A stretch of 64,000 bases of DNA from Lepidodermella squamata. Lineage: Eukaryota; Animalia; Gastrotricha. The DNA is taken from positions 3,596,001 through 3,660,000 of the forward strand of contig JBLDXI010000024.1 of NCBI GenBank assembly GCA_047495785.1, read 5' to 3'. Shown one piece after another: positions 37,401 through 49,600 of the stretch. Numbering within the stretch: position 1 is the stretch's first letter; each line of letters starts with the position of its first letter. The notes under the pieces are model-generated. The model searched no databases, was not told the DNA's origin, and was given only the letters and a program-made list of their open reading frames with translations. The position numbers and the translations under genes are program-made.

Positions 37401-38956
37401 ATTTCGCCGTCCGCCCTCACCGTGAACAACCATAACGGTCACGCCTCACCGGACCGGGGCGTGAACCCGATTGCAGTTGCGACGGTTGCTCAAATTCAGT
37501 CGAACGGCCACCATGCGGTTGAAAATGACGGCCATGCCAAATTGTCGCGGCGCATGTCGAATTCATCGACCGAATCGTTCCGTTCCGGTTCACCGGCCGC
37601 GTTGTTATCGGGCGCTAGGTCGCCTACGTCATCAGCTCGCCGCCTATCGCCCCGAATTCCAGCGGCCGATTTGCCGTCGTCGAATAGCCCGAATTTCACG
37701 CTATCCGAGTCGGATGAGGAGCTGCTAGCGGATTTAAGGCGAAAGCGGCGCGGGTCGAAGTTGCAGGTTGCGGTTGATTCGGCCTCAGGCGAGTCGACCA
37801 GTTGCCAGGTCATACAGCGGCGCAGTCGTCGGTCTTCGGCCGCGTCTGGCTGCTCGCTGCCGGCCTTTGCGCCGCGGGCGTTCGACCTGGTCTGGGTGCG
37901 GTCTGCCTCGCCGAATGCGGCGCCCTGCCCCGGGCTGGTTATCGACCCGGCGGCGGTGGGCAATTCGGCACAGCCGTTGTTGCGGCGAATGCTGCCGAGC
38001 CAACCGTCGGCTGATGTGCTAGGCGCGAAGCCGGACTGCGCCGCTCTTCTCGTCTTTCATTTCGATTCAAAACAAACATGGTAAGCCTTGAAAATACTTG
38101 GAAAAGGCGTTCAAACTTTGAAATTGACTGGGAATTCGAAGAAAATTTTGAATTTTCCTGTGTCACTGAGTACCCTAATTCAGTATCAATTATATTCAAT
38201 TCAATTACTATCATTAAAAGTGGTACACACCCTAAATTTGTGCCCCAGCTTTAGTTTCACCTAGATAGAGGTTTTTGGAGTTTCGAGTTTTCCTTGCCTA
38301 ATCGATAAATCTCCCTATTAAGCGTATTGTGCTCAGCCCTCAGTATTGATAAATTACATCGAATTCTCACCCAAGGAGTAAAATCAATCCGGGCATTGAT
38401 TATCTCCAATTTTTCTTTTGATGCCGTTTTTCATGGACACCCTATTTAAATTTCTAAATGAAAAATTCCGACCCAAATTTCCTATTATCGAAAATCGAAA
38501 ACTATCATCAGACAGCAAAAATATTTGAAAGTCATCTTTTTTGTAGAACACGTGCATTATTCATATAACTTTGTTGACATCATGAGAACTTCGTAAACTT
38601 CTCAATCTAAAATTCGTACGTCACGCTTGAGACGCACTCGCGCATCGCCATTTAGGTTAGCGAAATCAGAAAAAATTTTCAATGAAAAATTGAAGTCACA
38701 GGTTGAGCTAGAGGGTCAAAAATCGAAATTGGAGTTTTTACAATGAAAATAAGATTTTGTATGTCTTTTCAGGCGCTGGGTGCCAACGTCGAAACTGGAG
38801 CCGCTTGACACAAGCCTGTCGATATCCGAGCTGCACCTGACTCCGGTGGCGCAGGACGCGTACCGCCGCGCGTGTCTCATATCGAGCCGACTGGCCTCGT
38901 CCGCCTCGCAGGGCCAGTCGCTCGCCTCGTCGTCACGCTCGGTCTCACCCGCGTGA
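31405..38956 (+). CDS. BRPF1: BRPF/peregrin-family scaffold (EPC-like, PHD-Zn knuckle-PHD, bromodomain, PWWP)
   Basis: Exons 31405-31743, 32427-33560, 34496-35444, 35687-36250, 36796-38080, 38773-38956. Motifs [69 protein letters not shown], bromodomain with NCISFN, PWWP FDSKQTWRWVP..KLEPL. Confidence 0.95.
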
Positions 38957-39901
38957 GCAAAACAACTACACCACGAAGAAAAGAAAATCATCTGCCATTT
39001 GCGTGTTTGTGCTTTCATACTATTAAAAGGGACAAATAGCTCAGTGGAATGAATTCATGCGTTTATGCGACCTGATTGAAACACCATTCGTTTTTTTTGT
39101 CTCGACGACTTGCCGATGTGTCCCGTTTTTTGTTGAGCTGTTTTTTTGTAGACAGAAATTTGTTTGTTTTCTCTGTCTCTTGGTTTTTTTCGCTTTCTTT
39201 TCTGGAAGACGCAAAAGCCTAGATGGACTTGTATGTATAACCGCCACTTTTAGCCGTTCGTTATTATTGTTTAAAACAATCTTTCTAAAATCTCGCGCCT
39301 GTGAGACCATTTTGAGCAGTATGTTTCGCAACCCGGCTTATTTCATCATTACTAAGTTCAAAAGAATCGACGAGTTTTTTTTATACATGGCCCATCTCTA
39401 CACCTGTCTTATTTACCTGTTATTTGTATCTCTGTGCGATTAATATTCTAACGACTGGGCACTTTTTCCGGCTTTCTTAGTTGTACGATGTAACGTTATT
39501 CTAATTATTTCTTGTATTATCGTCTTGCGAGCAGTTACGCCCAGTGCTTCGTTTTTTCGTCTATCTCGTATCGTTTAAAGTGGATCAACTAAAAAATCCG
39601 ACTACACCACACAAGTTTCTTTCTCGTTGATTTTCACGGTTTTTCTTCTTCTTCTTCTTCTCCGGATTCTTCTTCTCGAGACGGCGCATCAATTGTAGAC
39701 TTGTGTTGCTGCTACTTTATATAGCAAGAAAACGATCGAAAATTGTAACGCGTGCGTTGACTTGAAAAGTAAACGTTTTGCTCAGTTTTTAGTTTCGCTG
39801 TGTCTTTTTTGCGTTCATTTTGGTTTCGATTTCCCCCTTCGATTTCAGTTCAGTTATTTAAAAATTTTCCACCCCAAATTTAGCTTCCAATTTAAACAAA
39901 T

Positions 39902-40495
39902 ATGGAACAGGACCAGGTGAGGGAAAAGGTGGAAGTGATGAAAATAGATGCTGATGACCTATTCAGGCGAGGTTTGTGGGAAAAAAGACGCAACATCCGC
40001 CTTAATTATTCCGCTAATTTAAGGCGAATTCACTGAAGCGATTGAAATTTACACGGAGGCAATCAAATTGTGCCCGGATGATTCGAGACTACTGACCAAT
40101 CGCAGCAAATGTGCGATGAACATTGGAAATTACGATTCCGCCTTGAGAGGTGGGCAACATTTGGAAGGATGAGAATAAATTATTCACAAATTTGGGGATT
40201 TTTAGACGCCAATAAAGCGCTGGATTTGAGCGGGCAATGCGCGTCATCCTACGCCCATAAGATCAATCTGCTGCGGAAAATGGGCCGAAATCGGGATGCG
40301 GATTTCACCTTTCAAGAGGCGTGTGACAGGATTCCAAGATTTGAGGTTAGTATGTTCCTCATCGGCAAAATGTGCGCCTTTTTCTATTCTTTTTTTCTGC
40401 AGGATTTTTTCGAAGCCGAAGCTCCTAAGTCACCGTCCGGCGGTTGGTGGCAATCGGTCACTTCGTACTTTTCAAGAGGAAATTCGAAACGCTGA
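39902..40495 (+). CDS. Small TPR-repeat protein (~142 aa)
   Basis: Exons 39902-39971, 40024-40149, 40206-40345, 40403-40495. TPR pattern ADDLFRRGEFTEAIEIYTEAIKLCPDD..LLTNRSKCAMNIGNYDSALRDANKALDL. Confidence 0.85.
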
Positions 40496-40944
40496 AAATA
40501 ATCTGCTTTCCCCCTCAATACCTCGAACAAGTTTTGACTGAATGCTGAAATTGGAGATTTATTGTGATATTTTCTGTTTAAACCCGAATTCTGAAATGAT
40601 CTGCTAGACTTTTCGAAACATTTTGTTGATCTCAAATATGATTTTTTACAACCAGGATTTTGCCTCTGTAACGCTATTTCTGAATAAAATCGATGTGATT
40701 TGAAGGAAGTCGAACGCAGACGGCGGACTCGGATTAATTTTTAACGTTAAAAGCAGTTAGCCTAGGGTCCCCAGACTTGTTTACTTTCAAGTTCTCGGCG
40801 TCGCGACGTTTACAGCCGGCAAAACTAGCTCCTGAATGATTCATGAGATTTCAGCTTTCAGCTTAAAGCGTTGTCTCACTGAAAAATCGTCCATCCTGAA
40901 ATTTTGTCCGTCTATGACCTAAATAGCTGAAGGAAATTTACGAC

Positions 40945-43900
40945 ATGCAGTTGTACATCATGTTATCGGTTTCAAGTGAGCTTCATAATTTAGCGAAAGG
41001 CTGGTATTAAAGGGTTGATTTATTGACTACTAACAGTATGTAGCGCCATGGCGCAGTTGCAATGTGCTGGAGGAGTGTATCAGCCTCAATTTTCCTATCA
41101 AACACCGGCTAACCGAAGTACGAATTGGCACTACTACTACACTCTAGGAATGAGCACAGCTAGCCAGAATCCGGGTACCACTCGCTTGGTAGACGAGAAC
41201 ATATGGTTTGACGGGGCTATGTGGACAAAAAACGTACGGGGCGGTTACCATTTTGAAATTGCTAAATTAGAACCTAATTTCATCACAGGTTTTCGACTTG
41301 AATGATTTCTATGCAGAAGTGACGGTTGACATGGGCAATTTCAGCAGTGCAAGTTCAGTATTCGGCTACAACATCATGATAACGAATCCGACAGGCATAT
41401 ACCACCCTCCCTGTGGCTACCTTGCCCATGACATTGATCGAGAGTATGGCGTTCGTCGCAATAGTCATGTCGGCCTGTCAATCTACATAGGAACGTATAA
41501 CTACGTGAACGGGAATCAAATATACCCGAACGCGGATGGTGTGAAATGGTGGTCCAACTGCCCGAACACTGACTACTGCTGGGCACCTGCTACCAATGCG
41601 GCGAAGACTGCATTCGCTAATACTTACATGAGGCGAAAGGCGACTTGGAAAATACGAATGCAGCAGAGGAACTTCACAATCGATGTCTGCATCTTCAATA
41701 CGACTAACTGTACGCGAACACTGTCTAACATTACGATGGCAATTCCTCTGCAGAACTTCGCTCCTGCCGGTATGCAATTCGGATTGGCTACGAGTAACGG
41801 CAATACTCCGATGTATGTCGATGTCTTCTCGATTGATATGTGGGATTGTGGATCCGTGCCGTACACAACGCCTGTAAGTTCGATATCGTCCAGTTTTTCG
41901 TCGTCATTATACTCTCTTACAGGTCACTCCGACGGATCTAATGTGCGCTGGAGGGTCTATACAACCACAGCTTTCTTACCAACAATGGAGTGATTTAGCG
42001 ACTTACTGGAGCTGGTATCGATCATCTAGCCTAAATCAGACTTTAGTCCCAGTAGGCGCAACTCGACTTCTATCTGCAAATACGTATCAATCTGGTTCCA
42101 TGTGGTCGAACGCAGTAGGTTTCATCACCTTCGTTAAGCCAGGGTTTTTAACCTTAATTTAATAGCAATTTTCGCTGAATAATTTCTACATCGAAGCTAC
42201 AGTTGAAATGAGTCCTTTCATCGATGACTCGACAATATTTCCTGAGGGTTTCGGAATCGTTATTTCCAATCAAGCAGCAATTGTTCGCCCTGCAGGGTTT
42301 CTAACATACTCCACAGGGAACGAGTATGGCCTAACACGTGCGAGTCACATCGGCTTCAGTGTCATGGTTCGACCGAGTTCGCTATCCGTATTCAGCAGTC
42401 TCTTGACAACGCCGAACAGTGCGACCTTCTTAGCTGGGCAATACAAATGGGGCAATTTGACGCACTTTCTGAATGACGCCTACATCTCCACGAAAGCTAC
42501 GTGGCAAGTCCGAGTTCAGAACTCGACGCTGAACGTGAATGTTTGCAAATTCGGGACAGTCTATTGCATGAGCATGTTGGCGAATGTTACGATGAGTAAC
42601 TCGATTCAAGGCGCATTCGGTGGGCAAAACATGTCGCTGGGCATTATTGGTTTCAATAAGAACTATACGACGTTCCTCGATGTCCACCAAGTCAAAGTTT
42701 ACGACTGTATTCTAACGACTTCAACGAGTACAACAACTACAACAACGTCAACCCCAAGCACAACTTCGACCACTACGACTACGATTACGACTTCGACCCC
42801 GTCAACCAGTTCAACTACAACCACAGAGCCATTAACAAGCACGACCACCACTGCTTCAACGAGCACAAGTTCAACAAGTACTCCTACTATGACTACTAGC
42901 TCAACTACCACAGCAGCTACAAGCACATCTGCAACGACGTCGACTGCATCTACGTCTACAACTTCGACCGCTCCCACGACTTCTACGACTACCAAATCAA
43001 CAACCTCCACCAGCGCTGCGACAATGAGCACCACACCAGAGACTTCAACTAGTACGTCAACGATACGGATTAACTCAACACCAACATCAGCTCAAACACC
43101 TACATCAACAGCAACAAACTCGGTAAGAAAGTCTAATAGACGTCTCATATACCAAGAGATTGAATTTCTCTAAGCGGCAACCCAACTTCGAACAGTATTG
43201 AGAGCTTAGCTATGTTTTTGCAGATTACATCGACTACCACATCTGCATCTACATCGACTACTCCATCAACATCGACTATCAGCGCTTCATCGGATTCAAA
43301 CTTGCCGACTTCAACAACTCAAGATACCACCTCATCAGGACCTGTGAGGGAAAATTGATCTGATTCCTTGTCATTTAACGAATCTTTTCTATAGTTCCTA
43401 ATCACATCCATAAGTTCCTCCGCGACGACATTCTCAATTCGGAGGTCCACGATTGCTCCGCCATCAACAATCCCGGTATAACGATTTACTTTGTATCTGA
43501 ACAATCCAATGATATGCTACTGTTAAAGGTTATCCAACCTGCTACGGATCGTTCGATTGATATTTTCAATCCCGATCCAGTTACGGGATTTCCAATTCCA
43601 ACTCTCATCGACGGCAACATGATTCCAACAATACACTTTGACGATCTAAAGCCCTGCCCTTACATCAGCCCAGATATCAGGTACGCCACTTCTTGCCGAA
43701 AACTGTGTATTCATGTCTGCTCTCATCAAGATCCCCCGCTGCAGGCACGATGATTTATCTTACGTTGAATATTGAACGATTGAACTCGATTGACACAATG
43801 TCGCGACAAATTTCGATATTGGCATCATTGTTCTTACAATGGTTCAACGGAGTCTGCAGTAGCGAATGTACAGCGGTGAATGGCGAAGACAAGGAACGTT

Positions 43901-44733
43901 TGGTTATGGCAAACAGAGATGAAGTCTGGCTTCCGAGAGTCCGATTCGCCAACGGAACTAACGATCTATACATGTTAGGTTCGGCTTTCACTGAGGATAT
44001 CGAAATTGCGTACTACCCCACCAAACCCAACCGGACTCTTTACTTCTATTGGTCTAGATTCGGAACCCTTGTTTCGAAGTGTGAGCTTCAGCTGAAGAAC
44101 TATCCATTTGACACCCAGACGTGTGATTTCACATTCATCATTGATGAAACTCCGAACTACCTTGATTTTGGCGGAGTTTTTCTCGGCGGGGCTGATCATA
44201 TCACCAATAATTTGTGGCTATTCAAAAATTACACATTCAAGCGTGGCTATGTGAAGTCTTTGAAGCGAAGAGATAGCATGTCTAGCTATGTGAGATTTAC
44301 TCTGACCTTTGCTAGAGAGCCCACTCAGTTTATAGTGAATTTCCTCACCCCTTGTTACATTCTCGTTGGCTTAGTTTTCATTAGTTTTGTTATCGATCCT
44401 GATATCATTGATCGAGCCTCACTGTGCTGCTTCATCATGTTAGCTCTAATTGTGGCTGAATCTGATGTCTTAGGCAACGTTCCTGAAACTTCTGAGCGAA
44501 TGTTGTACGTTGAATACATGCTGATGATTACAGGTCTGACGGGATACATTACTGCTTACGATATGATCGCTTGGATGTTTGTTAAAAAATACCGTGAAAT
44601 ACTGCAAATTGAGGTGAACATATTGCTATTTCCGCCCATGTCAGCCATTCGAGCTCTGGATCTGGTTGTTTTCTTGACCGGCATCGTTGCATTCTTGGGA
44701 ATTAACATTTACGCAGCCCTTATTGCTTTTTAA
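40945..44733 (+). CDS. Cys-loop (pentameric) ligand-gated ion channel subunit with N-terminal 2x L-type-lectin-like domains and mucin-like stalk (~1,105 aa)
   Basis: Exons 40945-40975, 41037-41233, 41289-41873, 41923-42114, 42166-43122, 43224-43343, 43395-43475, 43529-43680, 43731-44733; all GT-AG and phase-compatible, 3,318 nt. Signal peptide MQLYIMLSVSICSAMA. Channel motifs: EVWLPRVRFAN, Cys-loop CELQLKNYPFDTQTC, pre-M1 LTFAREP, four TM helices. AATAAA at 44742. Confidence 0.85.
42715..43343 (+). repeat. Thr/Ser-rich low-complexity coding tract (mucin-like stalk)
   Basis: ACN/TCN-rich sequence encoding TTSTSTTTTTTSTPSTTS..., spread over two exons. Confidence 0.9.
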
Positions 44734-45224
44734 TCACACCGAATAAAACTCCTGAGACGTGAAATTAAAGTTAAAAATTTTGAGATTCGCATTGCTTGTT
44801 TAGCATCCAGGGTCGATATCGACTCCATTTTTCGCCACTAAAAACAGGGTTTCCTTCGGCGGCTGCTCGAAACGAAAACGAACCGGCATTAGAGTTCATT
44901 GTTTTTCTGACTGGCTCAAATGCATAGGCAATATGTAGGTACTTTTCCGTCAACATCCACTCAGCCTCTCATGAATTTTTTCATGATGCCTTTGTAAGGA
45001 CATTACATCTGCCCGTAATAATAAGATCTATAACTGATACCATGAAATTTAATAATCCTTCGTGCCTGTGCGATGCCTTAATTTGTGCCCTACAACATCT
45101 TCTGCCCACGCTGGGTGCTGGTTCGATAAGGAGTCAATTTCGTGACTTCTGTAAGACAGCAACCTTTCATCTAGGGTGAGAAAACCATGGTACAAAAGTG
45201 GCTTTTTACTTCGCATGAAAATCT

Positions 45225-46133
45225 CTAGGCAGGGCATTGACTTGCACCATAAGTTAGTTCCTCTTCAAAGCCGAACAAAGTGAAGCCTCTAGCTCGATGA
45301 AGGGAGTCAAGAGCAATTGTGAAAAACGTGAGAATAACAAATAAAGCTTCAACAACGTATGTCATTGGCGCCAGGCACCCACACACCCTGCAGAAACAAA
45401 TTTTCTGGCAAACTCTTGCAAGCACGGCGTAAATTTTAAGACAAAGGAAGATAAAATAAGTCAAAGCTGCTGCGAAAGCCAGAGCTCGGAACAGATACCG
45501 ATGAACAGCATCGTTCTCCCGACTCAGCGGACAATGGAAGTGCCAAACCATATTCGACACAGTGAGTTCAGCAAATGCGATGAATAACGCAATTCTATGG
45601 ATAACCATGCATACCCCAGACGAAATTTTGCACGAACCGCAACTAAGTTTTGAGTCGAATTTCGGCTTTTTCTTGTCCTTATCGGTAGATTCTAACATTG
45701 CTTCGTCGGCAGCATCTTCAGCCTTTGTCTTAGGGCCATCCTCCTCTTCGCGATTGTGGAACTCATCAAGGCCGAAATTCGGGAAAATTCCGATCAATGG
45801 GAACATAAAAGCACCCAAGAAAAGATCGAAAGCGATGAAGAAGATTTCGTCGTCCTTCCTAGCCATCGGATGAGCGAAGAGTTCCGCTAGGTTGATTGCA
45901 ATCAAGGTGAATCCAATGAATGTGCAAAATGTTAACATCAATTTGTACTGGCATGCTGTAGAATTGCCGAAGTGACGCGTTAGAGTCACCCATTTCCGCT
46001 GCCGTGTGATCAATGTGTCTTTGATTGCGATGGCTATGTAGAATATTATTAGCAGTCCAACGATTAAGAGGAGTACAAAGCTGAATGCGATAACTATCCA
46101 TTCACTGGGCCGCAACTCGCCATCAACGGCCAT
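45225..46133 (-). CDS. Intronless ~6-TM membrane protein, weak resemblance to the Frag1/DRAM/TMEM150 layout
   Basis: 302-aa ATG-initiated ORF with about six hydrophobic segments. LIGIFP, IHRIALFIAF and a late TM Glu (VVEALF) echo that family, but the assignment is tentative. Confidence 0.7.
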   Translation of the reverse strand: MAVDGELRPSEWIVIAFSFVLLLIVGLLIIFYIAIAIKDTLITRQRKWVTLTRHFGNSTACQYKLMLTFCTFIGFTLIAINLAELFAHPMARKDDEIFFIAFDLFLGAFMFPLIGIFPNFGLDEFHNREEEDGPKTKAEDAADEAMLESTDKDKKKPKFDSKLSCGSCKISSGVCMVIHRIALFIAFAELTVSNMVWHFHCPLSRENDAVHRYLFRALAFAAALTYFIFLCLKIYAVLARVCQKICFCRVCGCLAPMTYVVEALFVILTFFTIALDSLHRARGFTLFGFEEELTYGASQCPA

Positions 46134-46649
46134 CTTTTTATACTTTCTTGCTAAACCACTTGAAAGAAAAGTAGCAGAATTTACTGCTCAGAAACAATTA
46201 CAGCGACTTTATCTCTAATTTGTTTATGCAGCTTATCTCGCAGCCGGTAGTGAAGTGTGGAATGCGTAGCAGACAAAAAACCACGCAAGGCCAATAATAC
46301 TAGAAAATATGGGGGTGTAAAGATTTCGCTACCAAACGGTACAATTCTCCACAATTGACTCTGCTTTCATAATTTCTAGATAATAATTGGGATGGATAGG
46401 TTTACTGTAATATGGCTCGATCAAAAAATGAGATGATCGTAAAAAAACCGCTGTAACGTGAATAAATTACAAGTTTGCACAGCAGGCCTGGAAATGAGCG
46501 AAATTAAATGACTGTCCTCATCGTATTCACTTTTTTATTGCATGAGTTAAAACAAAGAAGTCAAGAAAATAGAGGAAAATACAGCTCGAATTTGTAAAGC
46601 TCTTAATATATATATATTTATATGAGACATCGTTACACATGCTCAGGTT

Positions 46650-49600
46650 TCAGCGACAATTTTCACAATCGGATAGTGCTTCGTTTTTGCACTCATTATC
46701 GTTCGCCTTTCGCTTAGCTCTTATAAGCGCCATGGCGGCTCTCGCTTTCACCAAGCCTCGGCGTTGCTGGAGTTATTAGAAAGCAGGCAATTCAGTTACA
46801 TCGAATCATCTTGAAAATGTATGATCATACCTTGCTACCCCCTTTCGGTCGACCAGCCGGCCTATGCGGCCGTAATACCGGGTCCTTGCGCTTCTTGGCG
46901 GTTTTGACTTTCTCCGGAACGTTTTCAACATCGACGATAACCGATTCTTCTGTTGGATTGGGTATGACATCGTTCTCTTCTATACATACTTCGATCTCAG
47001 AAGTATTGATGCTCGGCGGAGGGGTTGGCGGTTGATTCCGTCTCTCTCGACAGCGCGCAAGTTCGGCTGTAACCAGCACTGCCCAATTTTCTGGGAACCC
47101 CTTCGATAACTGTTTTACAAATTCAGCACTAAATGTCCTGGACATTGCAGTGAGATTAGGCGGCCCAACCAGGCTCAGAATGGCTCCTGAGCCGGTGCCC
47201 ACGATAGTTTCCATGAAACGTTCGACAACAGGGCTCGATGTAACTGGGATGCAAGTTTTTATATTCACTCCAGCGATTAGGATTGAGGTCATTGGGATGT
47301 CGGGAACTAGATGCCAGCTGCGAACCAGCGCAGCTGGTGGCATTAAACTTTGATATGTAAAATCCTTATCGCCGTGATTCTAAAAATGTCAAAAAGAGAT
47401 GGAAAGGCAGAATGAAAAGAGAGATGAAAATTTTGTAACCAGATGCAATAAACATTCCTGCAATAAAATCCGCACCTCTTATTTGAATTGAGCTATATAT
47501 TGTAAAAAAACACTTGCTATAATCGAATTAAACATAAAAAAAGCTCCTTTTTATTTTTGTAATCTTCATGACATTGAGCAATAATAATCATCAACAAAGA
47601 TAGGTGGCGAGAATCCAGGAAATAAAACAGCCACAATTACTCATGGCCAATCATTTCCCAACATTTACTATGACGAACTAAGTGAGAAATCGCCATGAGG
47701 TAATTATGCCGAGAAGACATACGTAAAAATGCTGGAAATAGCGAAAAGACATCATAGCATAATTTATTGAATGAAAACATTCGGAATCACAAAAACCGGT
47801 ATTTGTGTGACCAGGAAGCCGCGAAATCGTCTCCAAGCATTTTCTCCCACAAGCGCCGACACATCTTCTTGCAGGCGTACATTGGAATATCGGGAATTAA
47901 ATGCCAGCTTCGAGGTATTAAATACTGCTAAATATCATACCTAGCACTGAGATTTAAAAATGCTGGAAAACGATATTTCAAAGATGATGAAAACCAACAA
48001 ATGCGCTTATTGAGAAAATAGTGCCGATATTATAAAGAAAGTTATGAAATTTCTGAGTAAAAATTTCACCTCGAAACATAGAAGATGGAAGCCTACTTTT
48101 CGACCTCAGGCGCTGCGTCCAAAGATGTATCAATAATTTCATTCGCAGGACTGTCATTTTGTAGCTCCTTTTCAGCTCTCTGGGACGGCTGGAAAAAATT
48201 AAAAAAAAGTTAGAAAATTAAATCCAGATTAGATAATAAGAACCTTAGCCTTGCTATCTTGGATTTTCCGTTTTCTGCTGCCTTTTCCACTATTATCACC
48301 AGCTTTCTCAACATTAGACTGAAAACAGTGAAAAATAATAGATCAGCAAGCAAAAAACATCCATTTGAGACCTTCTCCTGAATCAGCCACGTCGGTTTCC
48401 GAACCTGACCTGACATTTTGCCATCAGGGCTCGTCCTCGACACCCCTCGCTTGGTAATTTGCAGCCCGGTTTCTTCACTGGCCGCCTCATTTGCCTAGAT
48501 TATGGCAATTAACTTGAAATATGTAATAATTTGAGGTCGAAAGTTAAACCTTTTTGGGCCTGCCAGATCTTCTCACAGCAACGTTTCTAGCCGGGTTGGG
48601 ATTTTCAGTGTCATTGCTGTTTTCAACGGCTTGAACGGCTTCCCCGAGACTAGGTTCCGCCTGGGTGTTGACAGTTTCACACGTTTCTGGTTCAATAGTC
48701 AAGTCGAAGTGCTGAAATGAAATAGAATTTGCTGAAAATTAAAAAAAGACAACGCAATTCACAAACCTTCCTTGGCCGCCCTCGTCGTCTTTTGACTTCA
48801 GGCTTTGAAGAAACAGGTTGATTCTCGGTGAAACTGTTTTCGGGGTGATTCGTAGTTTGGTCGAGGCGATTTTCGGTTGTTTCCCCGTTTTCATCATTCC
48901 CCACCAATTGTGGCTCCGACTTGATTTCCACTTGAGACTAAAAAAAATATTCAACAGATTAGGATGCTCGAACGTTGAAACAGATTAAACAAATTGATAA
49001 GAAATTTCATCACCTCAGACCGCGCCTCAGGCTGAATCGGTGTTCTGCAGGCCCGCAGGCTTCGACGTCGAGGTGTCGTGTGCTGCTCAGCTTTTCGAGG
49101 CTTTTTCGCTGGAATTTCATGAAAGCACTCCGAATCAGTATCAGGCTCCGTTTTAACAGCTAGGTCTTCCTTAACCACGACGATTTCCGGCTCTTCAGCG
49201 CCTTCCAAGAGTTTCAGTAGCTTAGGATTGCGCGAAACTCTTCTCATCCATTTATCACGTAGATTGGCCGCACTTCGTTTGTGCAAAACGGGAAAGGCCG
49301 CTCGAATTTTATGCCACTGGCCCTCGGTACCGAACTTGTCGACGCCTGTTTTGAGAGCCGCAAATTCATCCAAGGACCATTTCTGCTTAGGTTTCTTTAT
49401 ATCAGCCTCTTCCAGGCCTTCGATTGAAAAATTCTTGTCCTTCTGCATACAAGCCCATTTAGCAGAGCACGAAGTGCTACTTCGATTTTTCAAAACATCG
49501 TACGCTTCGATGATAGGCTGCCAAAACGGCCCCTTGAAGCGAACATAGCCGTCTTTAAGCGCTTGTAGTTCCTCATCAGTCCACGGCAGCGGTATCTTTG

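Noticed and set aside
20466-38214. Long antisense or alternative-frame ORFs (e.g. 20466-21002, 28601-29224, 33066-33722, 37496-37963)
   Set aside because: They overlap confidently identified genes in GC-rich coding sequence and carry no independent motifs.
42699-43034. Val-rich minus-strand ORF resembling a membrane protein
   Set aside because: Antisense shadow of the Thr/Ser mucin codons.
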